Shown here in pieces: positions 48,457 through 58,672 of a stretch of DNA of 64,000 bases. Under the pieces are notes generated by a model. That model saw only the letters and a program-made list of their open reading frames with translations. It was not told the DNA's origin and made no database searches. This DNA is from an uncultured bacterium (GTDB lineage: Bacteria > Margulisbacteria > WOR-1 > CAVSGV01), in the NCBI GenBank assembly GCA_963727815.1, contig CAVSGV010000006.1:170956-234955 (forward strand), in the 5' to 3' direction. The translations under genes were made by a program, and so were the position numbers. Each line of letters starts with the position of its first letter. Within the stretch, counting starts at the first letter, position 1.

Positions 48457-48742
48457 AAGAACAATATTCCGAGTTCTTGTGATATCGGCTGTTGTTGCAG
48501 CGCTCGCGGCAATGTTCGCTTCAAAGCATCCCGATGGGCTAGATAGAACATCGGAAGTCCTAGGTTTCAGTAAAAACGCGGCATCAACTCCGGGCGTTTT
48601 CACGGATTATTCGGTGTCTTTTCTTCATAATCCGGCCTTTTCAACGATCACAGCCGGAATAATAGGCGTGATCATTATGTTCTGCGTATTTGCTTGTGTT
48701 GCATTTGCGATACACCTGAGGAACAGGCCAACAAAAGCTTAA
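48449..48742 (+). CDS. PDGLE-domain small membrane protein (CbiN/NikN-like)
   Basis: [32 protein letters not shown]... in an 8-nt overlap with cbiM. Confidence 0.6.
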   Translation: MNKRTIFRVLVISAVVAALAAMFASKHPDGLDRTSEVLGFSKNAASTPGVFTDYSVSFLHNPAFSTITAGIIGVIIMFCVFACVAFAIHLRNRPTKA

Positions 48743-48791
48743 GAGCTACACTCGCTTGACACCCGGTAATACTCTCTATATCCTTGATGGC

Positions 48792-49190
48792 ATGTCAAAG
48801 CTTGAACGTTTCGGCGTTTCGATGGAGAAAGAGCTTCTTTCGAAATTCGACGCTATCAATAAAGGAAAAGGTTATGCCAATCGCTCCGAAGCTATCCGCG
48901 ACCTTATACGCAACCTTATAGTCGAGGAGAACGTGAAACTCGGCTCAAAAGAGGTCATCGGAACCATAACAATAGTTTACAGCCATCATATACACGACCT
49001 GACCGATACTTTAAACCATATACAACACCATTTCACTCATCAGATAATCTCCACTGTTCACGTGCACCTGGACGAACACAACTGCATGGAAGTCTTGATA
49101 GTTAAAGGGAAAGCAAAGGATATTAAACAGATAGCCGATAAGCTGATAAGCATTAAAGGAGTGAAGCACGGCAAGCTTACGAAACTCTGA
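48792..49190 (+). CDS. nikR: nickel-responsive transcriptional regulator NikR
   Basis: Ribbon-helix-helix N-terminus ([20 protein letters not shown]) and a C-terminal metal-binding domain with an HHxH...C cluster. Confidence 0.85.
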   Translation: MSKLERFGVSMEKELLSKFDAINKGKGYANRSEAIRDLIRNLIVEENVKLGSKEVIGTITIVYSHHIHDLTDTLNHIQHHFTHQIISTVHVHLDEHNCMEVLIVKGKAKDIKQIADKLISIKGVKHGKLTKL

Positions 49191-49213
49191 CAACAACCGG
49201 TAAAAGGAGATCA

Positions 49214-49962
49214 ATGAATGCGAGAAATTTCTTATAATATTATTCCTTAATTTAGCATTGGTAATTTGTCATTGGTCATTCTGCGAAGCAGCCCGCCCTC
49301 TTTACACAGCGGACACAGTGATAACTCCCATGAACAAAATAGTCATCGAATCCGGTTGTCTCCTTTTGACAAATCGTGATGGTTCCGGCCTTCAGGAAAT
49401 ACTTACAACGGCCAGGTTCGGGTTGGCGGCCAACTCTGAGGTCGCCGTCACTCTTCCATATGTGAGTAGGCAGGCCGAAGGCGGAAATTACGACGGATTG
49501 AGCAACGGAATATTCAACGTTAAATATGATTTCTTCACCGGCAGCGACGGAAAGATTTCCGCCGCATACCTTTTGGGGATACAGCTTAAGTCGAATGATA
49601 CAGGCATCGGTCTTAACGCCGACGAGAATGACATAACAAACATGCTCATATATTCACAGGATATCGGCTATTGCACTTGCCTGCTCAACTTTGGATATAC
49701 ATTTGATGATGAACGTGGCGGCCAGCCGCAGAATGATTTCATCATTTACGATGCCGCGATAGAAAAACCGGTCAACGATCGGATCAATTTCACTGGAGAG
49801 GTCCAATATACCAGGAATACTTATACTCTGGACATTGTCGGCGAGACCGCGATCGGACTGAATTACAAAATGACCGATAAACTGACGCTGGATACGGCGA
49901 TAGGCTGCGGACTGAACGAGAATTCATCAAGCTCGAATTTCGTTTTCGGCGCGACCTACTAG
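49214..49962 (+). CDS. putative small outer-membrane beta-barrel (paralog 2), 5' end frameshifted at A3 run near 49225
   Basis: A strong AAGGAG ribosome-binding site precedes ATG 49214, which stops after 7 codons. One extra A gives MNARKFLIILFLNLALVICHWSFC..., a signal peptide joined to the barrel frame. Confidence 0.5.
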
Positions 49963-49976
49963 CTGATGTGACTCTG

Positions 49977-50126
49977 ATGGACCATATGATCCATGTCATC
50001 TCTATCCCGGCCCTCTTAACGGCGATCGCAGGCATATTCGGTGTGATATTGATATGTTTTGTTTTCATGTCCATCGCGAATGTGAGGCATATAGGCGACA
50101 TGCTCAAGAAACTTTTAAACCTTCGA
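49977..50126 (+). CDS. possible 49-aa membrane peptide [50 protein letters not shown]
   Basis: Small hydrophobic ORF in the OMP2-leuD gap, below the ORF-track length cut-off. Confidence 0.3.
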
Positions 50127-50190
50127 TAACTCGCATCTCTCATCTCCCGTCTCGCATCTCCATGTTTCTTTTGATATAATAACCCCCGTT

Positions 50191-50697
50191 ATGATATTGA
50201 AAGGCAAAGGGCGCCGTCTTCCCCAGAACGACGACATAAACACGGATTACATAATATCCGGCCGCTACAAGTTCAAGATCCAGGACCCGGCGGAGCTGGC
50301 AAAACATGTGATGGAAGACCTGGACCCGAATTTCTACTCTAAGCTTTCTAAAGGCGATTTCCTGGTCGCGGGAAATAATTTCGGCTGCGGATCAAGCCGC
50401 GAGCAGGCGCCGATGTCCATCAAATACGCCGGGATATCCGCCGTTCTCGCCAAATCTTTCGCGAGGATATTCTACAGGAACTGTTTCAATCTCGGACTGC
50501 CGGCCATCGAGTGCGACACGGACGGAATATCGGAAGGCGACGATCTCGAGCTGGACATGGACAGGGGCTTCATCAATAACCGGACCAAAGGCACATCCAT
50601 CAAGATAAGCCCGATACCAAAGACCATGCAGATACTTCTCGCTGACGGCGGGCTTGTGGAACATTTCAAGAAACACGGCGGGTTTGCGTTAACATGA
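50191..50697 (+). CDS. leuD: 3-isopropylmalate/homoaconitate dehydratase small subunit
   Basis: GDNINTD-like [10 protein letters not shown] and [11 protein letters not shown] motifs. Confidence 0.9.
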   Translation: MILKGKGRRLPQNDDINTDYIISGRYKFKIQDPAELAKHVMEDLDPNFYSKLSKGDFLVAGNNFGCGSSREQAPMSIKYAGISAVLAKSFARIFYRNCFNLGLPAIECDTDGISEGDDLELDMDRGFINNRTKGTSIKISPIPKTMQILLADGGLVEHFKKHGGFALT

Positions 50698-51776
50698 CAT
50701 ACAACATCACTCTCATCCCCGGCGACGGGACAGGCCCGGAAATAGTCGAAGCATCAAGAAGATGCATAGAGGCGACCGGAGTAAAGATTAAATGGGACGT
50801 GGTTGATGCAGGCGTGGATATAATGGAAAAGGCCGGTACTCCCCTTCCCCCGAACGTGCTTGAATCCATCAGAAAGAACAAAGTCGCTCTGAAAGGACCG
50901 ATAACTACGCCGATCGGAACGGGATTCCGCAGCGTCAATGTGGCGATAAGAAAAGAACTGGACCTCTATACTTGCCTTAGGCCGTGCAGGACGTATAAAG
51001 GCGTCAGGTCGCGGTACGAGAACATCGATCTGGTGATAGTCCGCGAAAACACCGAAGACCTTTACGCGGGGATCGAGTTCGAGGAAGGAAAACCGGAAAC
51101 AAAGAACGTCATCGCCGTCATCGAAAAAGAATCCAAGAAGAAGATAAGGCCGGATTCCGGCGTCAGCATAAAGCCGATATCAAAGTTCGGGACGGAGAGG
51201 ATCGTGAGATACGCTTTCGATTACGCCGTGAAGCACAACCGGAAAAAAGTGACCGCGGTGGCAAAGGCGAACATAATGAAGTTCACCGACGGGCTTTTTT
51301 ACGCCGTCGCCAGAGAAGTGGCGAAGAAGTATGAAGGCAAGATCGAATACGAGGAACGGTTGATAGATAATATGTGCATGCAGCTTGTGCAGAAGCCGGA
51401 GCTTTATGATGTTCTCGTTCTGCCGAACTTGTACGGCGACATAATTTCCGACCTTTGCGCCGGGCTCATCGGCGGGCTTGGGATCGCCCCGGGAGCGAAC
51501 ATCGGGAAAGACATAGCGGTGTTCGAAGCGGTCCACGGCAGCGCTCCGAAATACAAGGGACAAAATAAAGTTAATCCCACTGCGGTGATATTGTCGGGAG
51601 TGTTGATGCTGGAACATCTCGGCGAAAAAGACGCCGCGAAGAAGCTTGAAAAAGCCACGTCGGATATCATTGCCGAAGGGAAATATGTGACTTACGATCT
51701 GAAGGCCGACAGGAACGATCCCACCGCTGTCGGCACGTCCCAGATGGCCGATGCGATCATCAACAGGATGAAATAG
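50694..51776 (+). CDS. isocitrate / isopropylmalate dehydrogenase family enzyme (IDH- or homoisocitrate-DH-like)
   Basis: PGDGTGPEI...[25 protein letters not shown]...NLYGDIISD. The IDH-like signature is coupled to leuD. Confidence 0.85.
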   Translation: MTYNITLIPGDGTGPEIVEASRRCIEATGVKIKWDVVDAGVDIMEKAGTPLPPNVLESIRKNKVALKGPITTPIGTGFRSVNVAIRKELDLYTCLRPCRTYKGVRSRYENIDLVIVRENTEDLYAGIEFEEGKPETKNVIAVIEKESKKKIRPDSGVSIKPISKFGTERIVRYAFDYAVKHNRKKVTAVAKANIMKFTDGLFYAVAREVAKKYEGKIEYEERLIDNMCMQLVQKPELYDVLVLPNLYGDIISDLCAGLIGGLGIAPGANIGKDIAVFEAVHGSAPKYKGQNKVNPTAVILSGVLMLEHLGEKDAAKKLEKATSDIIAEGKYVTYDLKADRNDPTAVGTSQMADAIINRMK

Positions 51777-51785
51777 GAGGTTCAA

Positions 51786-52226
51786 ATGGAATACGAAATG
51801 ATGTTAAGGTTGACCCTCGCCGTGCTTTTCGGGGGAGCAATAGGATTCGTAAGGGAAATAACTAAAAAAGCGGCTGGACTGAGGACTCATATACTTGTCA
51901 CCATGGGTTCCTGCCTGTTCACGATAGTATCATTTCAAATGGTAAGCGGATTTTCGACCGGCGATCCGAGCAGGATAGCCTCCTGCGTTGTCACAGGCAT
52001 CGGCTTCATCGGCGCCGGCGCCATTTTCCAGAGCGGCGGTTCGGTCCGCGGCCTTACTACGGCGGCATCTATATGGATATGCGCGGCGCTCGGTCTGGCC
52101 GTGGGAAGCGGCATGTACATGCTGTCGACCTTCACCACGATACTGGCGCTTATCGTTATCCAGGTACTTCAGGTAGTAGAGCATAAATATCTGAGGGCGA
52201 ACCAGAGAGAAAAAGAAGGGGAATAA
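51786..52226 (+). CDS. MgtC/SapB family membrane protein
   Basis: 146 aa with 4 TM segments and MgtC-family N-domain conservation. Confidence 0.8.
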   Translation: MEYEMMLRLTLAVLFGGAIGFVREITKKAAGLRTHILVTMGSCLFTIVSFQMVSGFSTGDPSRIASCVVTGIGFIGAGAIFQSGGSVRGLTTAASIWICAALGLAVGSGMYMLSTFTTILALIVIQVLQVVEHKYLRANQREKEGE

Positions 52227-52237
52227 GCGGTAAGGGA

Positions 52238-52867
52238 CTAAAGCTTCCCGTAAAGAAAGTTATCCGATCTTTTATCCGCCGACCACTGCGCCATAGTAAG
52301 CCCGTTCCTGTCTTTCTCCGTCATCAGCTTTGTTTTCGGAACGATCGAATCGTATTCTCTCTTTATCTTCTTGTCGCACAGCGACCAGTCGATGTCCTTG
52401 GCGAGCGGAGAGATGATGCCTTCGCATCCCGGGCTGTATTCCGCGGAACAGAAATATTCGATGTGGCTTTCTTCGGGAAGGACCGTGCAGTGGGCAAAAC
52501 CCGGCGGCAGCCATATCCACTCGCTGGTATCATCCGATGGCCTTGATGTAAGTTCATGGCCGACTATCTTTCCATAAGCCGGCGAGCCTTTCCGTATGTC
52601 AATGGCCAGATCGATAAGCCTGCCCCAGAGGACCCTTACCATTTTGCCCATGTAGGGGTTCCACTGGAAATGGCAGCCCCTTACCGTGCCTTTTTTCGAA
52701 TAAGCTTCGTTACACTGCCTGAATTCGACGCCGGCCATGAAATCAAGTTTCATGAGGTCGCTCTTCCTGAATATCTCCGTAAAATAACCGCGTTCGTCGG
52801 GATATCTTCCGAATTTTATGACCATGACCTCTGGTATCGCAAGGCTCGTAACATCGATTATCTTCAT
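52238..52867 (-). CDS. rfbC: dTDP-4-dehydrorhamnose 3,5-epimerase
   Basis: Cupin RmlC motifs (RGYFTEIF, GCHFQ). Confidence 0.9.
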   Translation of the reverse strand: MKIIDVTSLAIPEVMVIKFGRYPDERGYFTEIFRKSDLMKLDFMAGVEFRQCNEAYSKKGTVRGCHFQWNPYMGKMVRVLWGRLIDLAIDIRKGSPAYGKIVGHELTSRPSDDTSEWIWLPPGFAHCTVLPEESHIEYFCSAEYSPGCEGIISPLAKDIDWSLCDKKIKREYDSIVPKTKLMTEKDRNGLTMAQWSADKRSDNFLYGKL

Positions 52868-52934
52868 ACGGCAGGATTATACCACAACTCCCACCTCTAG
52901 CTCCTCTAGCTCTTCTATGTTAAAATATCCCCCT

Positions 52935-53624
52935 ATGATGTTTTACCCGTACGATCCGACCATGGTCCTGCTCATTCCGGCGGTGATATTGGCGTTGTAC
53001 GCGCAGTGGAAAGTGCAGGCAACTTACGCGGAGATGTCGCAGGTCCGCGCTAGCAACGGTCTTACCGGCTCATCGGCAGGAAGGAAGCTCCTTGATGCCG
53101 CGGGTCTTTCCAATATCATCGTGGAACCCATCGGCGGAAATCTTACAGATAATTACGATCCGCGCGACAAAAAGCTCCATCTCTCGGAAGGCGTGTATAA
53201 TAACGATTCGATCGCCGCGATAGGTATCGTCGCCCACGAAGTGGGACATGCCGTCCAGGATTCAAAGGCATACGCGCCGCTCAAGATAAGGAGCGGGCTT
53301 GTTCCTGCGGCGAATATCGGCTCGAACCTTTCGATACCGCTTTTCTTTGTCGGTCTCCTTGCCGGCTCCACAAAGCTGATGGATGTCGGGATCATTTTCT
53401 TTTCGATCGCCGTTGCTTTCACTATCATCACGCTTCCCGTGGAATTCAATGCGAGCAGACGTGGAATAGCGATGCTAAAGGACGGCGGATATCTTAATTC
53501 GGAAGAACTTCCGATGGCAAAAAAGGTGCTCGATGCAGCGGCCATGACCTATGTTGCCGCAACCGCGATGGCTGTTCTCAACCTCATAAGGCTGCTTGCT
53601 CTCCGTGGTGAAAGAAGAGATTAG
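52935..53624 (+). CDS. membrane zinc metallopeptidase (PF04298-like, HExxH)
   Basis: HEVGHAVQD with TM segments. The start is uncertain (52917, 52935 or 52938). Confidence 0.7.
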   Translation: MMFYPYDPTMVLLIPAVILALYAQWKVQATYAEMSQVRASNGLTGSSAGRKLLDAAGLSNIIVEPIGGNLTDNYDPRDKKLHLSEGVYNNDSIAAIGIVAHEVGHAVQDSKAYAPLKIRSGLVPAANIGSNLSIPLFFVGLLAGSTKLMDVGIIFFSIAVAFTIITLPVEFNASRRGIAMLKDGGYLNSEELPMAKKVLDAAAMTYVAATAMAVLNLIRLLALRGERRD

Positions 53625-54525
53625 CAAGGTCCTCTTCATAATCGGCCCGACAGCTGTCGGGAAGTCAAAACTCGCCATCGAACTCGCCAAAAAACTTAAT
53701 GGCGAGATAATTTCCGCCGATTCCATGCAGGTCTACATCGGAATGGACATCGGCACCGCTAAACCGTCAAAGGAAGAACTCGAAGAAGTCCCGCATCATC
53801 TCATCAATATCATCGCGCCAGACAAGCCCTGGAGCGTATCCGACTTCGTTAATAACGGCAAGAGTCTTATCGATGACATAGCAGGCAGAGGAAAACTCCC
53901 GATAGTCGTCGGAGGGACCGGAATGTATCTTAACGCTTTGATCGAAGGATATTCTTTCCCGGAAATTAAGAAGGACAGCATCGTCAGGAACCGGCTCGAG
54001 GGTGAAGCTGTGCAGTACGGCAGCGTTCACCTTTACGAAAAGCTTAAGAAGATAGATCCGGAGGCGGCAAAGGGCATCCACGAGAACGACGCGAAAAGGA
54101 TCATAAGAGCGCTGGAGGTCTATGAGCTGACGGGAAAGCCGATGTCTCAGCTGAGATCAAAAGATGAAGAAAGTTTGACTTTCACCCCCGTGATAGTTGG
54201 GCTCGATCTGGATAGGCCGCAACTTTACAAGAAGATCGAGGCAAGGGTCGACGATATGCTGGCGAAAGGATTGATCGATGAAGTGAAAGAGCTTATCAAA
54301 GAGGGATATGATCCAAAACTTACATCGATGCAGGCGATCGGATACAAGGAGGTCGCAGAGCATCTGCATGGTAAGTATGATCATGATGAGCTGGTGAACA
54401 TCCTGAAACAGAATACCCGTAATTTTGCCAAGCGGCAGATGACCTGGTTCAGGCGTTTCAGGAACGTTCACTGGTTCGATGTTGATAAGTTGAGTGTTGG
54501 TGATATCATTAAATTAATAAATTAA
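53596..54525 (+). CDS. miaA: tRNA dimethylallyltransferase
   Basis: FIIGPTAVGKS P-loop...DSMQVY. The start may be the GTG at 53608. Confidence 0.9.
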   Translation: MLSVVKEEISKVLFIIGPTAVGKSKLAIELAKKLNGEIISADSMQVYIGMDIGTAKPSKEELEEVPHHLINIIAPDKPWSVSDFVNNGKSLIDDIAGRGKLPIVVGGTGMYLNALIEGYSFPEIKKDSIVRNRLEGEAVQYGSVHLYEKLKKIDPEAAKGIHENDAKRIIRALEVYELTGKPMSQLRSKDEESLTFTPVIVGLDLDRPQLYKKIEARVDDMLAKGLIDEVKELIKEGYDPKLTSMQAIGYKEVAEHLHGKYDHDELVNILKQNTRNFAKRQMTWFRRFRNVHWFDVDKLSVGDIIKLIN

Positions 54526-54531
54526 ATATTT

Positions 54532-54559
54532 GGAACCGCGACGTTTAGTCGCAGGTTCC
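54532..54559. repeat. solo REP hairpin ggaaccgcgacgtttagtcgcaggttcc
   Basis: Same family as the REPs at 9245, 9289, 32288 and 32722. Intergenic between miaA and the tautomerase gene. Confidence 0.7.
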
Positions 54560-54579
54560 ATAATCAAGGAGGGATAATT

Positions 54580-54768
54580 ATGCCGTTAGTTAAGATAGAC
54601 ATGTGGCCCGGAAGAACCACGGAGCAGAAAGAGAAGATAATAAAGAACGTGACCAACGCGATGTGCGAGTCGGTGGGCTGCCCCAAGGAAGCCGTCTGGG
54701 TGGTCATCAACGACGTGCCAAAGGAGAACTGGGGAGATTCCGGCGAGCAGATGAGTAAGAATAAGTAG
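54580..54768 (+). CDS. 4-oxalocrotonate tautomerase family protein
   Basis: MPLVKIDMWPGRT with N-terminal Pro1, 62 aa. Confidence 0.8.
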   Translation: MPLVKIDMWPGRTTEQKEKIIKNVTNAMCESVGCPKEAVWVVINDVPKENWGDSGEQMSKNK

Positions 54769-54844
54769 TTTGTCACCCTGAGCGTTAGCGAAGGGTCTGC
54801 ATTAAGAAATTCAGATTCTTCGCCCTTCAGGCTCAGAATGACAA
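54769..54844. repeat. palindromic MITE-like element copy 3 (full length, 76 bp)
   Basis: ttgtcaccctgagcgttagcgaagggtctgcattaagaaattcagattcttcgcccttcaggctcagaatgacaa fills exactly the gap between the convergent stops of the tautomerase gene and rlmD. Confidence 0.7.
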
Positions 54845-54846
54845 CT

Positions 54847-56214
54847 TTATGTCCTGATCACTTTCGTGACCGATTCTATGTGATAGCTGTGGGGGAACAT
54901 GTCCACGGGCTGGACTTGATCTACCTTGAATCCGTTCGCTGATAAATAAGCCAGGTCCCTCGCCAGAGTGGCCGGATTACATGATATGTAGATCACCTTT
55001 TTCAGTCCTGATTTTGCAATGGTCTTCAATACTTTTTCCTCGCATCCGCCGCGCGGCGGGTCGATGACCAGAATGTCGCCTTTATCGAGTTCGGGAAGGA
55101 TGCGCTCCACTTTTCCGATGTTGAACCGGCAGTTCTCGATGTGATTAAGCTCCGCGTTCTCCGATGCGTCATAGACAGCGTCCTTTACTTCTTCGATGCC
55201 GAAGACATATTGGGCCGACCGCGCGAACCACAATGCCACCGTGCCGATGCCGGAATATGCGTCGATAACGGTATCACTCTTTGTCGCTCCGGCAAGTTCA
55301 AGCGCCTTATTGTAAAGCACTTCCGTCTGGATGGGATTAGTCTGATAGAAAGAAGCGTTTGAAACCTTGATCTTGAGGCCGCCCAGCTTGTCGTAAAGGA
55401 AATCCCTTCCCCACAACGTCCAGCTCTGTTCGCCCATTATCACGTTCGTCTGCCGCTGGTTAATGTTCTGGCAGATGCCGACGATGTTGATGTCATCCTT
55501 TTTGCATCTCTCGATGATCTCCTTGATGAGATGTTTCGAACCCGGTATCGCTTTTTCGTTGGTGATGAAAGTGAGGAGCACTTCACCCGTCCCGAAACCG
55601 ATCCTCGCGCGAAGATGCCTGAACAGGCCTGTGCCCCGCCCTTCTTCATATGCCAGATATCCAAATTTGTTAAGTATATCTTTTACGACCTTGGCCGCCT
55701 TCGAAAGTTTCGGATGTTCAATGGGGCAGGTATCGATGTTCACAACATCATGCGTCCCCTGCCTGTAATACCCCATCATTATCCTTGTCCCCTGGCTTTT
55801 ATCCTTTGACCACGCTATCGGATATTGAATTTTATTCCTGAACCCCCAGGGCTCCTTCATTCCGATGATATCGTTGATCTTAATATTGCTTAATCTCCCG
55901 ATCCTTTCAATGGCATCCTTGACGATCTTTGTCTTGTACTTAAGCTGGGCGGGGTAGCTGATCTGCTGCCACTGGCATCCTCCGCATTCCTTATCCAGCG
56001 GGCATTTTGGGGCAACCCTGTCAGGGGACGGCTTGATGATGCCGATGATGCTGCCGCGGCCGAAAGAACTTTTGAGCTCGTTCAACCGGACTTTTAGCTC
56101 ATCACCCGGAACGGAACCGGGAACAAAGACGGCAAGGCCGCCTGAATGCCCGACGCCCTCTCCTCCCATTGCCAGGTCGTCGATGGTCAAATTGATCGTT
56201 TCATTGAGTTTCAT
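54847..56214 (-). CDS. rlmD: 23S rRNA (uracil-C5)-methyltransferase RlmD/RumA family (TRAM + Fe-S + MTase)
   Basis: TRAM N-terminus, CPLDKECGGCQWQ cluster and SAM motifs (VIDAYSGIGT, DPPRGG). The start was taken at MKLNETINL. Confidence 0.85.
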   Translation of the reverse strand: MKLNETINLTIDDLAMGGEGVGHSGGLAVFVPGSVPGDELKVRLNELKSSFGRGSIIGIIKPSPDRVAPKCPLDKECGGCQWQQISYPAQLKYKTKIVKDAIERIGRLSNIKINDIIGMKEPWGFRNKIQYPIAWSKDKSQGTRIMMGYYRQGTHDVVNIDTCPIEHPKLSKAAKVVKDILNKFGYLAYEEGRGTGLFRHLRARIGFGTGEVLLTFITNEKAIPGSKHLIKEIIERCKKDDINIVGICQNINQRQTNVIMGEQSWTLWGRDFLYDKLGGLKIKVSNASFYQTNPIQTEVLYNKALELAGATKSDTVIDAYSGIGTVALWFARSAQYVFGIEEVKDAVYDASENAELNHIENCRFNIGKVERILPELDKGDILVIDPPRGGCEEKVLKTIAKSGLKKVIYISCNPATLARDLAYLSANGFKVDQVQPVDMFPHSYHIESVTKVIRT

Positions 56215-56240
56215 TGATATGATTATATTATACAGCACAA

Positions 56241-56919
56241 ATGAAGGATCTGGGAAAAAGAATAGACCTGCACATGCATTCGCTTCTCTCCGACGGCTGC
56301 CTCCTTCCGTCCGAGATCGCAAGGCGCACCGCCGTGCTCGGCCATGAAGCCATCGCCATCACCGATCACGTCGATTCATCGAACATTGAAAACGTCATCA
56401 AAGCGCTGAAAAAATTCATCAAAGAGGAAGGCCGCGCATTCGGATTGAAGATAATCCCCGGCGTCGAGATAACTCACGTTCCGCCGAAGATATATCGGAA
56501 AGTTGGCAAAACAGGCTAGAAAGCTTGGCGCTAAGATCGTCGTTGTGCACGGCGAATCGCCTGAGGAGCCGGTGATCCCGGGGACCGACCACGAGATTGC
56601 GAAACTGAAAGGCCTCGTCGATATCATGGCTCACCCCGGAAACACTCTCACCTATGAAGACGCCGTTCTCGCCGCGAAGAACGGGATATTCCTCGAGATC
56701 ACATCAAGGAGAGGCCACAAAGAAGGCAACAGGCACGTCGCCGAGGTCGCGAGAAAAGCTGGAGCTAAATTGATAGTTAATACGGATTCTCACGATCCCG
56801 AGAATTTTCTCACGCAGGAGCAGGCATATCAGGTGGCAAAGGACGCGGGGCTTTCGGATGACGAGGCTTACAAAGCGGTAGTGGATAATCCTCGGGAGCT
56901 TGTAAAAAGAGCTACCTGA
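56241..56919 (+). CDS. PHP-domain phosphoesterase (histidinol-phosphatase family), frameshifted near 56495
   Basis: IDLHMHSLLSDG...ITDH, then HVPPKIY / IGKLAKQARKLGAKIVVVHGESP continues in the +1 frame. A single-base correction in atatat restores one ~225-aa protein. Confidence 0.7.
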
Positions 56920-58021
56920 TGTAACCCTGGACCATCATGTCTTCCCCGAGCTGCTTGTACGTAACGTTCTTCAAATGAGTGATCTCCGATAATTTCTCGA
57001 TCCCCCCTCCCATCAGAGGCGTGGGAGCCGCTGCTCCGCCGATAAGTTTCGGCGCGATGAAATATAGCACCTTGTCGACGATACCGGCCTTAAGCGCGGC
57101 CGCCGCGAAGTTCCCTCCAGCCTCGATCATGATCCCCATTATCTTGTCCTCCGCAAGTTCCGCCATGAGATCGTTGAGGTCTATCTCAACTCCGGGATCC
57201 TCTGTCTTGATCACGTCGGCCCCTGTTTTCAATATCTTTGCGATCTTTTCCTTCGGCGCTTTCTTTGTGACGACGACGATTGTTTTTTCAGGCTCGTTCT
57301 TCAATATCTTCGAGCCGAGCGGAATGTCGGCGTTCGGGTCCAGTATTATCCTCTTGGGATCTCTTTTTGTCAGTTTTTCATTTCCGATGTCCCTCACCGT
57401 AAGCTGGGGGTCGTCGATCTTCACCGTGTTCACCGTCGTAAGTATCGCGTCAACATACAGCCTCATTAAGTGGACGTATTGTCTTGATCCAACTCCGCTT
57501 ATGTAGAGGCTGTCGCCGGTCTTCGTCGCCACTTTCCCGTCGAGGCTCATCGCGTTCTTAAGTATCACGAACGGCAGGCTCTTTGATATGTATTTTATGA
57601 AAGCCTCGTTCAGTTCTCTTGCCTCTTCTTCCAGCACGCCTTCTGTTACCTCGATCCCGGCCTCCCGTATCTCAGTGAAACCTTTCCCGTTGACCAGCGG
57701 ATTCGGGTCCTGCATCGCCGCGACCACCCTTTTAATGCCGGATTTTATGACGGCATGAGTGCATGGCGGATTGTATCCGTAGTGGCAGCATGGTTCCAGG
57801 TTCAGATAGAGCGTGGCGCCTTTCGCTTTTTCGCCGGCCTTCTCGATGGCAAAAGCTTCGGCGTGAGGAGTGCATTGTTCAGAGTGGTATCCTGTGCTGA
57901 TGATCTTCCCGTCTTTTACTATAACGGCGCCCACCATCGGGTCGGGACTTGTCTTGCCCATCTGGCTCCTCGCGAGCTCGATGGCTTCCCGCATGAATTT
58001 TTTGTCTTCTTCGGTGCTCAT
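56912..58021 (-). CDS. ribD: bifunctional riboflavin biosynthesis protein RibD (deaminase/reductase)
   Basis: HAEAFAI...PCCHYGYNPPC zinc site and a RibG reductase C-domain. Confidence 0.9.
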   Translation of the reverse strand: MSTEEDKKFMREAIELARSQMGKTSPDPMVGAVIVKDGKIISTGYHSEQCTPHAEAFAIEKAGEKAKGATLYLNLEPCCHYGYNPPCTHAVIKSGIKRVVAAMQDPNPLVNGKGFTEIREAGIEVTEGVLEEEARELNEAFIKYISKSLPFVILKNAMSLDGKVATKTGDSLYISGVGSRQYVHLMRLYVDAILTTVNTVKIDDPQLTVRDIGNEKLTKRDPKRIILDPNADIPLGSKILKNEPEKTIVVVTKKAPKEKIAKILKTGADVIKTEDPGVEIDLNDLMAELAEDKIMGIMIEAGGNFAAAALKAGIVDKVLYFIAPKLIGGAAAPTPLMGGGIEKLSEITHLKNVTYKQLGEDMMVQGYIR

Positions 58022-58671
58022 CAGAAATTCTTAAGACCTTTTATGACGGCCTTGTAGTCCTTTGAATAGTAGATTGCCGAGCCCGCCACGAGCACGTTCG
58101 CGCCGGCCTCGACAGCCGCAGCCGCAGTGTTAAGGTTAATTCCGCCGTCGATCTCTATGTCGATCTTGAGTTTCTTTTCGTCGATGATCGTCCTCAGCTC
58201 TTTGATCTTCGGCAAAACTTCCGGCATGAACTTCTGCCCCTCAAAACCCGGATTCACGCTCATAATGAGCACCATCGCGACCTTATTAAGGATTCCCTCG
58301 ATCGGCCTGATACCTGTCTTTGGGTTCAGGACCACCGCGGGTTTGACTCCGCAGCTGTGGATTAGATCAATGTCGCGGTTGAGGTTTTTTGATGCTTCGG
58401 CGTGGATGGAAATGATGTTGGCGCCCGCCTTTGCGAAGGGTTCAATATATTTTTCCGGATTTTCTATCATGAGGTGCACGTCCAGCGGCAGCTGCGTCAC
58501 TTTTGCAAGCGCGGCCACGACTAGTGGACCGATCGTGATGTTCGGAACGAAATGCCCGTCCATGACGTCAACGTGTATGAGGTCCGCGCCGGCGGCTTCA
58601 ACGGCTCTAACTTCCTCGCCCAGCCTTGAGAAATCCGCGGAAAGGATGGATGGCGCGACAAGTATCTTCAT
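58021..58671 (-). CDS. rpe: ribulose-phosphate 3-epimerase
   Basis: LIHVDVMDGHFVPN... Confidence 0.95.
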   Translation of the reverse strand: MKILVAPSILSADFSRLGEEVRAVEAAGADLIHVDVMDGHFVPNITIGPLVVAALAKVTQLPLDVHLMIENPEKYIEPFAKAGANIISIHAEASKNLNRDIDLIHSCGVKPAVVLNPKTGIRPIEGILNKVAMVLIMSVNPGFEGQKFMPEVLPKIKELRTIIDEKKLKIDIEIDGGINLNTAAAAVEAGANVLVAGSAIYYSKDYKAVIKGLKNF

Positions 58672-58672
58672 A

